A stretch of 64,000 bases of DNA from Candidatus Latescibacterota bacterium (GTDB lineage: Bacteria; Latescibacterota; UBA2968), in assembly GCA_965198115.1 (NCBI GenBank), contig OZ240241.1, forward strand, positions 4,288,001 to 4,352,000, in the 5' to 3' direction. Positions 28,195-40,925 of this stretch are shown one piece after another. Numbering within the stretch: the first letter of the stretch is position 1; each line of letters starts with the position of its first letter. The position numbers and the translations under genes were made by a program. The notes beneath the pieces are model-generated. The model worked only from the letters and a program-made list of their open reading frames with translations. It ran no database searches and was not told the origin of the DNA.

Positions 28195-28806
28195 TCAGAC
28201 CTCGAGGCCGATGTCACGTCCCTCGTTCTTCAACTTCTGCTGAAGCTTGAGACGGGCACGATTGACGCGTGATTTGACCGTGCCCACAGGGCAGTCGACG
28301 ATCTCGGATATCTCCTGATAAGACATTCCCTGGACATCGCGCAACAGAATGACCTGACGGTAGTTTTCCGGAAGCGATCGGATCGCGTCCTTGATTTGCA
28401 CGTTGGCAAGCGACGATTCGGCCACCTTGTCGGGGCGGAATGACTCGTCGGGCAGATCCATGCCCGTGTCGGACTCTTCGTCCCGATCGAGCGAAAACAG
28501 ACGCCAGCGTTTCCTTCGCCTCAGTTCGCTCTTGGCGAGGTTGCCGGCGATCGTGAACAACCAGGTCGAGAAGTTCGCGATAGCACGGTATTCGTCGCGC
28601 TTTCGGAACGCGCGGAGAAAGGTCTCCTGCACGATGTCTTCGGCAGTCTCCCTCTCGCCCACGAAACGAAAAATGAAGTTGTAGAGCCGTCCGCTGTATC
28701 GACTGACGATCTTGCCGTAGGCGTCGACGTTTCCCGCCGTGACCTCGGCCAGAATCTCCATATCCGTCAGTTCACCCGGGGTCTGCCTCGAACTGACCAT
28801 AAGCAT
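28195..28806 (-). CDS. ECF sigma factor (RpoE/SigW-like)
   Basis: AEDIVQETFLRA, FSTWLFTIA.N, SYQEI..I..CPVGTVKSR.NRAR. Confidence 0.92.
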   Translation of the reverse strand: MLMVSSRQTPGELTDMEILAEVTAGNVDAYGKIVSRYSGRLYNFIFRFVGERETAEDIVQETFLRAFRKRDEYRAIANFSTWLFTIAGNLAKSELRRRKRWRLFSLDRDEESDTGMDLPDESFRPDKVAESSLANVQIKDAIRSLPENYRQVILLRDVQGMSYQEISEIVDCPVGTVKSRVNRARLKLQQKLKNEGRDIGLEV

Positions 28807-29192
28807 GGAATCTCCTCCCGATGATTGTGCATCTCGTGAGACGTGTTTGCCGGCACAGCCACGAGATACTCGCACGCCCCCTTGAACATCCTGGGCGTTG
28901 GAAGGTTCCACTTTTCCGCTCGATTCAGCGTGATTCTTCACATCCACGATAGATTACAAAATCTAATATTCAATGTGTGGTCGTTAAGGGTTCTTTCTTT
29001 AGAACACCCCTCGGCAGGCCTGCCCGAAATATAAGGCCAAAGAGGCTGAATGGCCCCCATAAAGTCGCGATTCCGTAGTCCCTTGTCACCCTATTCCGTC
29101 TTGCGTCCCAATCGCGCACGGGCTATATATTGGCCAGTCTGATGTCCTTTCTTAGTCACATCGGGGCTCTTCACCACCGAAGCGAGGATGCA

Positions 29193-31181
29193 ATGTCATC
29201 GGTCGACGAAAAAAACGGCAAATTCCACCCGCCGGACGGTCTGAGTAACGTCGCCCACGTCAGAACGTTCGAGGACTATCAAGAGACGCACAGCCAGTCT
29301 GTCGAGGATCCGGAAGCATTCTGGGCGGAAATCGCCGAGGGATTCCACTGGTACAAAAAATGGGACACAGTTCGATCCTACAACTACAACGTGGAGAACG
29401 GACCCATCAGCATCAAGTGGTTCGAGGGGGCTAGAACCAACATCACCCACAATTGTTTGGACCGACATCTGGATACGCGGGGGGACCAGAACGCGATCGT
29501 CTGGGAGGGTAACGAGCCCGGCGAGGACTGCACCTATACCTACCGCGAGCTGCACACCCTCGTGTGCAAGTGTGCCAATGTCCTCAAATCCAGGGGCGTC
29601 CAGAAGGGCGATCGCGTCTCGATTTACATGCCCATGATTCCCGAACTCGCCATCGCCATGCTCGCGTGCGCCCGTATCGGTGCCATCCACAGCATCGTTT
29701 TCGGCGGGTTTTCCTCCGAGGCCCTGGCCGACCGCATCGTCGACTCTACGTGCAAAGTTCTGATCACGGCGAACGGCACGTTCCGGGGTGACAAACCGGT
29801 TCCGCTCAAGGCGAGCGCCGACGTCGCCATGGATCACGCCGATCAGCGGATGGACGGCGAAAAGGTCGAGACGTGCCTCGTCGTTAAGCGTGTGCCCGAC
29901 GGGAAGGGCGTGGACTGCGAGATGGCCAACGGCCGTGACATCTGGTGGCACGACGTCGTCGACGCGGCTCCCGGCGACTGTCCCCCCGAGGAGATGGATG
30001 CCGAAGACCCGCTGTTCATCCTCTACACATCAGGTTCCACGGGCAAGCCAAAGGGTGTGCAGCACACAGTGGGCGGCTACATGGTCTACACCGCCACCAC
30101 CCACAGATACGTCTTCGACTATCACGACGGCGACATCTACTTCTGCGGGGCCGACATCGGGTGGGTCACCGGACACTCCTACATCGTCTACGGCCCGTTG
30201 TGCAATGGCGCAGTCACCCTCATGTTCGAGGGCATTCCCACCTATCCCGACGCAGGTCGGTTTTGGGACATCGTCGACAAATACAAGGTCAACCAGTTCT
30301 ACACCGCGCCCACCGCGATTCGGGCGCTCGCTGGCGCGGGAGAGGCGATCCCCGCAAAATACGACCTCTCCTCGCTCAAGATCCTCGGCACCGTGGGCGA
30401 ACCCATTAACCCCGAGGCCTGGCAATGGTATCACAGAAACATCGGGCGAGGCCGGTGCCCCATCGTCGACACGTGGTGGCAAACCGAAACCGGGGGAATC
30501 ATGATCACTCCCCTACCCGGCGCCACTCCCACAAAACCGGGATCGGCCACTTTCCCCTTCTTCGGCGTCAAACCGGTCGTCCTCGATCCCGAATCGGGTC
30601 AGGAGCAGCAGGGGGATGGTGTCGACGGTGTGCTCGCGATTTCCGAACCGTGGCCTGGCCAAATGCGCACAGTCTACGGCGACCATAAACGATTCGAGGA
30701 AACCTACTTCCATCAGTACAAGGGCTATTACTTCTCGGGGGACGGGTGTCGTCGTGACGAGGACGGTTACTACTGGATTACGGGCCGCGTCGACGATGTC
30801 ATCAACGTGTCGGGGCACAGAATGGGCACAGCCGAAGTCGAGAGCGCACTCGTTTCCCACGCAAAAGTGTCCGAATCGGCGGTCGTCGGGTATCCTCACG
30901 AAATCAAGGGCCAGGGCATATACGCTTACGTGACACTGAACGCCGGCGAAACCTACACGGACGACCTTAAGAAAGAACTCGTCGCGTGGGTTCGAAAAGA
31001 AATCGGCCCGATCGCCTCGCCCGACGTCATCCACTGGGCGCCCGGGCTTCCGAAAACCCGCTCGGGCAAAATCATGCGCAGAATTCTGCGAAAGATCGCC
31101 GAGAACGACACGGGCGATTTGGGCGACATTTCCACGTTGGCCGATCCTGCGGTCGTCGAGCAACTCGTCTCCTCGCGATAG
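29193..31181 (+). CDS. acs: Acetyl-CoA synthetase (AMP-forming)
   Basis: [51 protein letters not shown]; upstream TTGCGT-17-TATATA. Confidence 0.96.
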   Translation: MSSVDEKNGKFHPPDGLSNVAHVRTFEDYQETHSQSVEDPEAFWAEIAEGFHWYKKWDTVRSYNYNVENGPISIKWFEGARTNITHNCLDRHLDTRGDQNAIVWEGNEPGEDCTYTYRELHTLVCKCANVLKSRGVQKGDRVSIYMPMIPELAIAMLACARIGAIHSIVFGGFSSEALADRIVDSTCKVLITANGTFRGDKPVPLKASADVAMDHADQRMDGEKVETCLVVKRVPDGKGVDCEMANGRDIWWHDVVDAAPGDCPPEEMDAEDPLFILYTSGSTGKPKGVQHTVGGYMVYTATTHRYVFDYHDGDIYFCGADIGWVTGHSYIVYGPLCNGAVTLMFEGIPTYPDAGRFWDIVDKYKVNQFYTAPTAIRALAGAGEAIPAKYDLSSLKILGTVGEPINPEAWQWYHRNIGRGRCPIVDTWWQTETGGIMITPLPGATPTKPGSATFPFFGVKPVVLDPESGQEQQGDGVDGVLAISEPWPGQMRTVYGDHKRFEETYFHQYKGYYFSGDGCRRDEDGYYWITGRVDDVINVSGHRMGTAEVESALVSHAKVSESAVVGYPHEIKGQGIYAYVTLNAGETYTDDLKKELVAWVRKEIGPIASPDVIHWAPGLPKTRSGKIMRRILRKIAENDTGDLGDISTLADPAVVEQLVSSR

Positions 31182-31203
31182 TCGCGCGAGTAAGAAAATT
31201 CAA

Positions 31204-31240
31204 AAGGGCACGGCCTCCTCGATCGGGAAGCCGTGCCCTT
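31204..31240 (+). terminator. Hairpin/terminator after acs
   Basis: AAGGGCACGGC...GCCGTGCCCTT. Confidence 0.6.
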
Positions 31241-31250
31241 CGATTATCCC

Positions 31251-31937
31251 ATGACAGAACCACAACCCAATCGCGCCGTGCTTCTCCTCTCCGGCGGCAT
31301 GGACTCGACGACTCTTCTGTGGTGGATGCTTGACCAAGGGGTCGACGAAATCCACACTGTCGCCATCGACTACGGGCAACGGCACCGGATCGAACTGGAA
31401 TCGAGTGGCCGTCTGTCCACCCTGGCGCACACCGCCTCACACCGCCTCATCCACCTCGACCTCGCCCAGATCGGCGACACACCCCTGACGAGCACCGAGG
31501 TGGATGTGCCGGCCGCATCCGAAGACCGGCAGATTTCGACCGTCATACCTTTTCGGAATACGATGTTCGTGACCGCCGCTGCCGCCTATGCAGAAACCCG
31601 ATCCATCACCGACCTCTACATATCGCCCGTTCGAGACGACCACGCCGCCTACCGAGACTGTCGCCGCGTCTTCTACGACGCACTCCAGAATGCGTTGAGT
31701 CTCGGCGCAACGCGGGAAACCAGCATCCGCATTCACACGCCTTTTGTCACCTGGTCGAAGATGGACGTCGTCCGCGTCGGTCTCGAACTCGGGGTCCCGT
31801 ACGAGGACACCCATACCTGCTACAACGGCACCCGCCCCGCGTGCGGCCTATGCGACGCTTGTGTCGAACGACTTGCGGCGTTCGAGGCAAACGGCGTTTC
31901 CGATCCGATCGCCTACGTCGATCGAACAGGGAACTAG
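31251..31937 (+). CDS. queC: 7-cyano-7-deazaguanine synthase
   Basis: LLSGGMDSTT, DYGQRH..E, P.RN, Y.DCR, TCY....PACG.CDAC..R. Confidence 0.93.
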   Translation: MTEPQPNRAVLLLSGGMDSTTLLWWMLDQGVDEIHTVAIDYGQRHRIELESSGRLSTLAHTASHRLIHLDLAQIGDTPLTSTEVDVPAASEDRQISTVIPFRNTMFVTAAAAYAETRSITDLYISPVRDDHAAYRDCRRVFYDALQNALSLGATRETSIRIHTPFVTWSKMDVVRVGLELGVPYEDTHTCYNGTRPACGLCDACVERLAAFEANGVSDPIAYVDRTGN

Positions 31938-32043
31938 GCACAGGATACGATCACATTCGTACACAACAAGACCGGACCCATTGGATTCCCAACAAGCCCG
32001 GCCTCGTCTTTCTTCCCAGCGCCCTGCGCCTCCGCCGCTTCGC

Positions 32044-32958
32044 CTAGCTGCTTTTCAGCGCATTGATCGACTCGATCAACCTGCGATCGGCCTTCGCCCG
32101 AATGTCGAGGATACGCTCTACATCGACCAGGTTCGATTCGGACTCGGGACGAATGCGGTAGACCTGAGTCCAGTCCTGGAGCGCCTTGACGACCATGTCG
32201 AGCAACATCACATCGGTCGCATCGTCCTGTACCATGCACTCGTCGGCCAGCACACGTCGGATCGCCCGAATCGGAGCTTCGAGTGCCGATCGATCGGGTG
32301 AGGACTTCTCCTCCACAGCCACCAGGAGTCCCGGTGACAGGTCGGCCAGAAACCCCTCGCTCAGAAACTTTCGCGCGCGCTCTTCGGTCCACGTCTCGCC
32401 CATCATCTCTTCGATGGACTGTGGCCTGTCTGCAACTTTCTCCCGCTGTGGCTGTGGGCGCGGGCGCGAAGAGGAGCGCGGAGGCGGAGATCCCGGCTCG
32501 CCGTTATCCCGGTCCCTTGCATCGCGATCTCTGCCACCGCGTCCCCGGCGTCCTCGGCGCCGGCGTCCTCGGCGTGCATCGGAGTCCGGCCGTCCCTCTT
32601 CGCCATCTTCGTCGCGACGAGACGTTTTTTCACGGGCCGCAGGCGTTTTCTTTTGGCCCGGGGTCGCCCCGAGCGTCGTTCGAGCGTCCGTTGACTCGCC
32701 CGTGCTCGTGTCGGGTCCCCCGCGTTTAGGACGACGCCCATATTCGATGCCACGCTGGCTTGTTTCCGACGTGCTCGCATCAGGCTTGTCGTCGGTCTTC
32801 GCTTCCGCCTTCTTGGCCTTCTTCGCCTTCTTCGCCTTCTTGGCCTTCTTCGCCTTCTTCGCTTTCTTCGCTTTCTTGGCCTTCTTGGCTTTCTTTACCG
32901 GCTTAGCCTCGGCCACCGGAGCGTCGGTCGTTTCTCCGGCTTCGCGCACTTCTTCCAT
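32044..32958 (-). CDS. Hypothetical protein with (KKA)10 repeat, Arg/Gly-rich disordered region and helical C-terminal domain
   Basis: Long ORF with AGGGGA RBS; synonymous variation inside the repeat. Confidence 0.65.
   Translation of the reverse strand: MEEVREAGETTDAPVAEAKPVKKAKKAKKAKKAKKAKKAKKAKKAKKAKKAEAKTDDKPDASTSETSQRGIEYGRRPKRGGPDTSTGESTDARTTLGATPGQKKTPAAREKTSRRDEDGEEGRPDSDARRGRRRRGRRGRGGRDRDARDRDNGEPGSPPPRSSSRPRPQPQREKVADRPQSIEEMMGETWTEERARKFLSEGFLADLSPGLLVAVEEKSSPDRSALEAPIRAIRRVLADECMVQDDATDVMLLDMVVKALQDWTQVYRIRPESESNLVDVERILDIRAKADRRLIESINALKSS
32806..32895. repeat. Ten tandem 9-bp units (C/G)GC(C/T)TTCTT encoding Lys-Lys-Ala on the minus strand
   Basis: Counted directly. Confidence 0.95.
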
Positions 32959-33039
32959 CATTCCCCCTAACGGGTGCTACCCTCGCTCCTACCAGTGTGC
33001 CGACCAATATAGAAAATTCTTCGGGACAAATGTCGCCCG

Positions 33040-33328
33040 TTAATAGGTGTCGACCTCCGCACGCAGTTCCGCGTTGCGCGCCACCACACTCTTGAGAGTG
33101 TCCTCGAGTTCGGACACCTGACGATTCATCTCCACGACCACACGATTCAGCTCGTGGAGCCGGTCCGAGATCGGCCGTCGGGCCTCCTGCACAGCCGCCA
33201 GCCACTGCTCGTGCCGCACCAATTCGGTACGCGCGACGGCGAGCTGTTCGGCCGTCTTCTTGAACCATCGTGAAACCCTTCACTGCAACGACGGCCACAG
33301 TGATCAAAACAAGCTCGAGGTAGCCCAC
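33040..33328 (-). pseudogene. Small TM plus coiled-coil protein, apparently frameshifted near 33272
   Basis: GTG-GYLELVLITVAVVAVKGF in one frame, continuing RWFKKTAEQL...AEVDTY in another. Confidence 0.5.
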
Positions 33329-33345
33329 CGCTGACCTATCGCGTC

Positions 33346-33750
33346 TTACCTTTTGTTGCGTGGTAGAGGATCCAACTCCAACTCTTCCTGCCGCTTGTTG
33401 GCCTGATCGATCTGTTCCCGGGTCTCCGACATCCGGCTCTTGGCAGTCCGCAATTCCAGCTCCGTCTGAACGACGCTCTCGGCCTCCTCGACCTTGAGCC
33501 GCTCCTCCACGCTGATCTGCTTCTCGAGGTCCTGGCGCGAACGAACGAAGTGTTCGGTGTCCTGGGACATCTCCTCGTTCAGACCTCGATATCGTATCAC
33601 CGTAACGAGTCCGTAGGCCACGGCGACCATGGCCAGGGCGTCCAGAGGGCGTCTTTCGATCGAGCGAACGAACGAACGAATGTGGCTGTAATCGAGGAAT
33701 ATAGGCCAGACGGTGAGCCAAGGGGATGGCGAAAATTTCAAGACGTACAT
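33346..33750 (-). CDS. Hypothetical TM plus coiled-coil protein (start uncertain)
   Basis: Hydrophobic ALAMVAVAYGLVTVI followed by a heptad-like E/K/R/Q-rich helix. Confidence 0.55.
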   Translation of the reverse strand: MYVLKFSPSPWLTVWPIFLDYSHIRSFVRSIERRPLDALAMVAVAYGLVTVIRYRGLNEEMSQDTEHFVRSRQDLEKQISVEERLKVEEAESVVQTELELRTAKSRMSETREQIDQANKRQEELELDPLPRNKR

Positions 33751-33754
33751 ACAA

Positions 33755-33798
33755 GCGGACAGCCCATCCGGCCGAACGCCGAAAACGGGCTGTCCGCT
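33755..33798 (-). terminator. Hairpin downstream of groEL
   Basis: GCGGACAGCCC...GGGCTGTCCGC inverted repeat. Confidence 0.55.
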
Positions 33799-33825
33799 GT
33801 GTGTCGAAGGAGACCCAATGTCGGG

Positions 33826-35484
<1,659 letters not shown>

Positions 35485-35772
35485 TTATTCGAGAATGCCC
35501 AGAACGTCGCCTTCGTTCACGATGACCAACTCTTCTCCGTCAATCTCGATCTCGTTACCCGCATACTTTCCGATCAGGATACGCTGCCCAGGCTTCACGT
35601 CGAGCGCGACCACGTCACCATCGTCGGTTCGACGCCCCGGCCCGACGGCTACGACATCGGCCTGTTGCGGCTTCTCTTTTGCCGTATCGGGAATGATAAT
35701 TCCACCCGAAACCTGCTCTTCGTCATCGATTCGCCTGATCAGGATTCGATCCCCGAGAGGACGCACCTTCAT
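35485..35772 (-). CDS. groS: Co-chaperonin GroES
   Basis: MKVRPLGDR, GGIIIPDTAKEKPQ, VAVGPG. Confidence 0.97.
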   Translation of the reverse strand: MKVRPLGDRILIRRIDDEEQVSGGIIIPDTAKEKPQQADVVAVGPGRRTDDGDVVALDVKPGQRILIGKYAGNEIEIDGEELVIVNEGDVLGILE

Positions 35773-35850
35773 CGAGAAACCCTCCTCAATTCCCAGTCTG
35801 CACACACGACCGAGAGTGATTAAGAAACTGAAAATAAAGAATTTGAGATG

Positions 35851-35877
35851 TTAGCACTCGTGCGTGCCGAGTGCTAA
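35851..35877. promoter_or_regulatory. CIRCE element (HrcA operator)
   Basis: Perfect TTAGCACTC-N9-GAGTGCTAA upstream of groES. Confidence 0.97.
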
Positions 35878-35951
35878 CAAGCGTGGAATATAAAAGACCC
35901 CGGCGCGATGCGCAAGCGCATTATCACACCGGGGTCTGAACGACGAAGAAC

Positions 35952-36428
35952 CTACGAGTCGGCCTCTTCCAGGCGGGCCCTTCGGGCCTGTATCTTCGCC
36001 TCGAGATGCTCGATCTCCTGCGTGAGCAACGCTGGATTCGCCGGCGCTTCCGCTTCTTCCGGGGGTGGCGGCGTTTCTATGGGGTGATGGGCATCTTCCC
36101 AGTCGCCGAATCCGCCGTCCATACTGATGACACGCTCGTAGCCCAGCTCCTTGAGTGAAACACCGCCTAGCAGCGATCGAACCCCTCCGGCACAGTAAAC
36201 GATGACCTCGTCTTCCTTGTTGGGAATCCTTTTCTCCACCTCTGCCTCGAGGACCCCACGGGGGATGTGGATCGCACCCTTCAGATGACCACGTTCCCAT
36301 TCGTCCAGACCCCGAATGTCCAAAAGAACGGGTGTGTTGCCCTCCTCCAGGTAGTCGTTCACCTCGTCGACCGACAGCTCCTTGATCTCATCCCGGGCCG
36401 ACGACAACAGATCTTCTCGTGACTTCAT
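35952..36428 (-). CDS. Rhodanese domain protein with C-terminal coiled coil
   Basis: LLDIR..DEW..GHL.GA.HIP, active loop YCAGGVRS, MDGGF..W. Confidence 0.88.
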   Translation of the reverse strand: MKSREDLLSSARDEIKELSVDEVNDYLEEGNTPVLLDIRGLDEWERGHLKGAIHIPRGVLEAEVEKRIPNKEDEVIVYCAGGVRSLLGGVSLKELGYERVISMDGGFGDWEDAHHPIETPPPPEEAEAPANPALLTQEIEHLEAKIQARRARLEEADS

Positions 36429-36519
36429 ACGCGCTCCCATTGACTGTACGCTCATTGGCTTGCCACCGGTCTAACTGGCGTTTCAATTCTCGATCCTCGA
36501 TTCTAAATCTTTCAATCAT

Positions 36520-39500
36520 CTAGGCCCCGTGGCATCGCTTGTACTTCTTGCCGCTCCCGCACGGACACGGATCGTTCCGGCCAACTTTTGCCTCGACTCG
36601 CACGGGACGTTGTTTCGGCCGTCCCTCGCTCTCGGACGTATTGGTGACTGTCTCCTGCGTCGGCGGAGCGACGGGGACGTCGAAGCCCATGCCGACCGCA
36701 TCTTCGTGAACGAGGGACAAGCGGCCTGGCTGACGCTGTGGACGTGTCGGACCCTCATCGATCGGAATGCGATAGAGGGTTCGTACCGTCTCCCGATTGA
36801 TGTCGTCGAGCAACTCGACGAACATGCCGAACCCCTCGCGCTTGTACTCCACGAGCGGGTCTTTCTGCCCGTAACCGCGGAGGCCGATCCCTTCCTTCAG
36901 ATCGTCCATTTCCCGCAGATGCTCTTTCCACTTCTCATCGATGATACTCAGGTAAACCATCCGCTCGAGCTGTCGAATCCGATCGGCCCCGATCAGTTCT
37001 TCCCGACGGCTGTAGGCCGATCGCACATCGTCGTGGATCACGTTTCGAAGGTCGTCCCGATGGACGGTCGGGAGATCCTCGTCCGGATCGATCGCCGACT
37101 GGAGAAAGGTATTCCTCAGGTCGGAGGCGAGACCCTCGATATTCCAATCTTCGGGATGGGCGCCTTCGGGCGCATTCGCATCCATCAGAATCGTGATCGT
37201 ATCGTCGATCACCTCGATGATCTCACCCGAAATGTCCTCCTCCTCCAGAGCGTGGCGTCGTCGATCGTAGATCACCTCACGCTGCTGGTTCATCACGTCG
37301 TCGTACTCCAGCAAATGTTTGCGGATCTCGAAGTTCCGACCCTCCACGCGCTTTTGGGCACGCTCGATCGAGCGCGTGACCATGCTGTGTTCGATCACCT
37401 CGCCCTCTTCGGCTCCGAGACGATCCATGATTCGCGCGATCCGTTCCGACCCGAACAAACGCATCAGGTTGTCTTCGAGCGAAATGAAAAACCGAGAACT
37501 GCCCGGGTCGCCCTGACGACCGGAACGCCCCCGTAGCTGCCGGTCGATCCGTCGGGCCTCGTGACGTTCGGTTCCGATGATATGCAGACCACACGGAACG
37601 TCCTCCTGGCAGCCCAACTCTTTCAGGTGCGGACAGAGCGGCTCGCTGCTTTCAGGGTTGTAAATCAGCGCACACTGATGGGTTTCCGGCGCCTTGACGA
37701 CACCGTCGCCCAGCTTGATATCGGTGCCGCGCCCCGCCATGTTCGTCGCAATCGTCACGGCCCCTGGCTGTCCTGCCTGCCGGACGATGTCTGCCTCGTG
37801 TTGGTGCTGACGTGCGTTCAGAACCGAATGTTTGATCCCCTTGCGACTCAGCATCCGGGCCAGCAATTCAGACACCTCGACGGAAATCGTACCGACGAGT
37901 ACGGGTAGCTTCTCGCCATTCAGCCGTTCCACCTCGTCGACCAGGGCGTTGTATTTCTCACGCTTCGTCCGAAAGATCAGGTCATCGGCGTCGATGCGGC
38001 GAACGGGTTCGTTCGTGGGGATCGTCACCACGTCGAGCTTGTAGATCTGCATCAACTCGCCCGCTTCGGTTTCCGCCGTTCCCGTCATTCCAGCCAGCTT
38101 ATCGTAGAGCCGGAAATAGTTCTGCAACGTGATCGTCGCGACCGTTTGCGTGTCCCGTTCGACTTTCACACGTTCCTTGGCCTCCAGCGCCTGGTGGAGG
38201 CCGTCGGAGAACCTGCGACCCTCCTGCGGTCGCCCCGTGAACTCGTCGACGATGATCACCTTGCCCGTGTCCACCATGTACTGCACGTCTTTCTCGTAGA
38301 GCGTGTAGGCCTTCAACAGCTGTTGAACGCTATGAATCCGTTCACTCTTGGTGCCGTAATCCTGGTAAGCTTCGGCTTCGGCCCGGCTCTTGTCCTCGTC
38401 GGTCTTCCCGACATCGGATCGGATCTCGTGCAGCGTCTCATCCAGGTCAGGGAGCACGAACTCATCGGGTTGCCGGCTGATCTCCTCTCGCCCTTTTTCG
38501 GTAAGATCGATGATGTGGCTCTTTTCGTCGATGCTGAAGTAAAGCTCCGAGTCGATCTCGCCCATCAGCTTGTCACGGATGTAATCTGCCTCCACCCGAC
38601 CGATCAGCTGCTTCACCCCTTCTTCCTGGAGCAGCTTCATAAAGCGCTTGTTCCGGGGGGCTCCGCGATTCACCCGGAGCAGCTGGATGCCGGCCTCGTA
38701 ATCGTCCTCCTCCAGCTGACCCTCGGCATCCGCAAGAATCTGGTTCGCCACGCGGGTCTGCGCCTTCACAAGACGTTCAACGAGTGGACGCATCTCGTCA
38801 AAACGCTGGTTGTCGGCTTCGGCGACCGCCCCCGAGATGATCAGAGGCGTTCGGGCTTCGTCGATCAGAATGCTGTCGGCTTCATCGATGATGGCAAAGC
38901 TGTAACCACGCTGTAACAGGTCCTCGGGCCGAATGGCCATGTTGTCGTAGAGGTAGTCGAACCCGAACTGATCCTTGGTGCCATACGTGATGTCCGCCCG
39001 GTAGGCTTCGGCGTGGTCGCATTCCCGAACGTTAAACCCGCCGGATCCGTCCGCCTCGAGGACGTATCCCTCGATCCCCATCGTCCGGTCCTGGATGATG
39101 CCGACCGACAGACCCAGCCAGACGTAGAGCGGCCCGATCCACATGGCGTCGCGTTTCGCGAGATAGGAATTCACCGTGACCAGGTGGACACCCCGTCCGG
39201 TCAGGGCGTTCAGATACATCGGGAAACCCGCGACCAGGGTCTTCCCTTCACCCGTAGCCATCTCGGCTACCTTGCCCTCGTGCAGGACGATCCCACCGAT
39301 CAGCTGGACGTCGTAGGGCACCATATCCCACGTGTAATTCTCGCCGGCCCGGTCCCAACTCTGACCCAGCATCCGCCGGCACGTCTCTTTGAAAACCGCG
39401 AACGCCTCGGGCATGAGCTCGTCGAGCGTATCCGCCTCGACCGCCTTCACATCGGACTCGGCCTCCTCGGTCTGGTCCAGGATACCCTGGCGTTCAGGTC

Positions 39501-39726
39501 CCTCCAGACCGATCAACCGGTTCCTCAGTTCATCCAGCTCCGTCGAGATATCCCGCGTCGATTCCCGCAGCCGTTCTCGAAGGGAGCTGGTTTTGGACTG
39601 CAGGTCGGCGTCCGAGATGTCTTTCAGGCCCTCCCAGATCCCGTTGATCTGGTCCGCGGCCGGCTGAAGTTTCTTGACGTCGCGGTCGTGTTTGGACCCG
39701 AACAGTTTTGTCAACGCGTTCATCAT
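36520..39726 (-). CDS. secA: Preprotein translocase ATPase SecA
   Basis: [53 protein letters not shown] motif [13 protein letters not shown]. Confidence 0.98.
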   Translation of the reverse strand: MMNALTKLFGSKHDRDVKKLQPAADQINGIWEGLKDISDADLQSKTSSLRERLRESTRDISTELDELRNRLIGLEGPERQGILDQTEEAESDVKAVEADTLDELMPEAFAVFKETCRRMLGQSWDRAGENYTWDMVPYDVQLIGGIVLHEGKVAEMATGEGKTLVAGFPMYLNALTGRGVHLVTVNSYLAKRDAMWIGPLYVWLGLSVGIIQDRTMGIEGYVLEADGSGGFNVRECDHAEAYRADITYGTKDQFGFDYLYDNMAIRPEDLLQRGYSFAIIDEADSILIDEARTPLIISGAVAEADNQRFDEMRPLVERLVKAQTRVANQILADAEGQLEEDDYEAGIQLLRVNRGAPRNKRFMKLLQEEGVKQLIGRVEADYIRDKLMGEIDSELYFSIDEKSHIIDLTEKGREEISRQPDEFVLPDLDETLHEIRSDVGKTDEDKSRAEAEAYQDYGTKSERIHSVQQLLKAYTLYEKDVQYMVDTGKVIIVDEFTGRPQEGRRFSDGLHQALEAKERVKVERDTQTVATITLQNYFRLYDKLAGMTGTAETEAGELMQIYKLDVVTIPTNEPVRRIDADDLIFRTKREKYNALVDEVERLNGEKLPVLVGTISVEVSELLARMLSRKGIKHSVLNARQHQHEADIVRQAGQPGAVTIATNMAGRGTDIKLGDGVVKAPETHQCALIYNPESSEPLCPHLKELGCQEDVPCGLHIIGTERHEARRIDRQLRGRSGRQGDPGSSRFFISLEDNLMRLFGSERIARIMDRLGAEEGEVIEHSMVTRSIERAQKRVEGRNFEIRKHLLEYDDVMNQQREVIYDRRRHALEEEDISGEIIEVIDDTITILMDANAPEGAHPEDWNIEGLASDLRNTFLQSAIDPDEDLPTVHRDDLRNVIHDDVRSAYSRREELIGADRIRQLERMVYLSIIDEKWKEHLREMDDLKEGIGLRGYGQKDPLVEYKREGFGMFVELLDDINRETVRTLYRIPIDEGPTRPQRQPGRLSLVHEDAVGMGFDVPVAPPTQETVTNTSESEGRPKQRPVRVEAKVGRNDPCPCGSGKKYKRCHGA

Positions 39727-39747
39727 GGTGTACGATTCCGAAGGTGA

Positions 39748-40467
39748 TCAGCTACCGCTGAGGAGACGTTCTGCCAAGAACGGCGGCAGGCCGGCTTCCA
39801 GTATTTTTGCCTGGGCGCTGGGGAGGTCGTAGGCCACGCGGATCAGTTCGATCGTCGGTGTTCCGTCGTCGACGAGACAGAACGCCGCGCGGGGGTCTCG
39901 ATCCCGTGGCTGCCCGACACTACCAACGTTCACGATGCACCGTGCGTCGGACACGTCGAAAGATCCCTCGACAGATACCACTTCGCCAGTCCCGTCGGCA
40001 TAAATAAACGCCCGGTGGGAATGGCCAACAAACGTCAACCGTGCATCTGTCGCGCGGAGCGCGGGTTCCGCGTCGCCGCCCGTGAACAGATAGGGGAATG
40101 TTTCCGGTTCTTCCGGAGACCCGTGGACGAAGTGCCAGTCGCCCTCACGATGCTCGAAAGGCAAGTCCGACAACAGGTCGGCGTGTGCCGTGCTCAACGT
40201 TGAGGCCGTCCACCTGATGGCCTCCGAAGCGAAGCGGTTCATCCACGACAGATCTTCCAGCCCGACGGCCGCACGGTCGTGATTGCCGGCGACGATCACG
40301 TCCGCCCGGTCCCGAATCACATCGACACAGTAGCCAGGATCGGCACCGTAGCCGACGATGTCACCCAGACAGACGATCCGCCCGACCCCCCTGGCATCAC
40401 AGCACGCGAGCACCGCATCCAGGGCTTCGGCGTTGCCGTGTATGTCCGACAGAACCGCGACCTTCAC
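39748..40467 (-). CDS. Metallophosphoesterase (calcineurin-like, YfcE/Metallophos_2)
   Basis: SDIHGN, GD.VGYG, GNHD, GHSH, N.GSVGQPRD. Confidence 0.9.
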   Translation of the reverse strand: MKVAVLSDIHGNAEALDAVLACCDARGVGRIVCLGDIVGYGADPGYCVDVIRDRADVIVAGNHDRAAVGLEDLSWMNRFASEAIRWTASTLSTAHADLLSDLPFEHREGDWHFVHGSPEEPETFPYLFTGGDAEPALRATDARLTFVGHSHRAFIYADGTGEVVSVEGSFDVSDARCIVNVGSVGQPRDRDPRAAFCLVDDGTPTIELIRVAYDLPSAQAKILEAGLPPFLAERLLSGS

Positions 40468-40469
40468 GG

Positions 40470-40925
40470 TCAGCCGTCCCTTTCGGTCGCCCCCGACGCG
40501 TCTCCAGAATCGACAGGTGTCAGATCGCCCTGGGCGAGCCGGTCCAGGACCCCGTTGATGAAGGCTGGCGCCTTTTCAACGCTGTATCGCTTCGCGAGTT
40601 CGATCGCCTCGTCGATCGACACCTTGACGGGCACTTCTTCAAAATGCTCGATCTCCGTCAACGCCATCCACATCAGGATACGGTCGATGCGCGACAGACG
40701 GTCGATCGACCAGTTTTCCGTCACTTCTCCAATCCGCGTATCGAGCGCTTCACGCGCCTCCCACGTCTTCGCCCCGAGGGTCCGGGCGAACGACGAGGCC
40801 TCCTCGGACAATCCTGACCGCAGCGCCATCGTTCGCAGCGTCTGCTCGACGGGATCGCCTGAACTCAGGGACCAGTAAAGTCCCTGGAGCACCGCCTCTC
40901 GCGCCTTGCGACGGGACCCCGTCAT
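40470..40925 (-). CDS. nusB: Transcription antitermination factor NusB
   Basis: RRKARE...Q.LY, W...[22 protein letters not shown]. Confidence 0.95.
   Translation of the reverse strand: MTGSRRKAREAVLQGLYWSLSSGDPVEQTLRTMALRSGLSEEASSFARTLGAKTWEAREALDTRIGEVTENWSIDRLSRIDRILMWMALTEIEHFEEVPVKVSIDEAIELAKRYSVEKAPAFINGVLDRLAQGDLTPVDSGDASGATERDG

Noticed and set aside
32806-32895. CRISPR array or non-coding VNTR
   Set aside because: 9-bp units without spacers, in frame, with only synonymous variation; no cas genes
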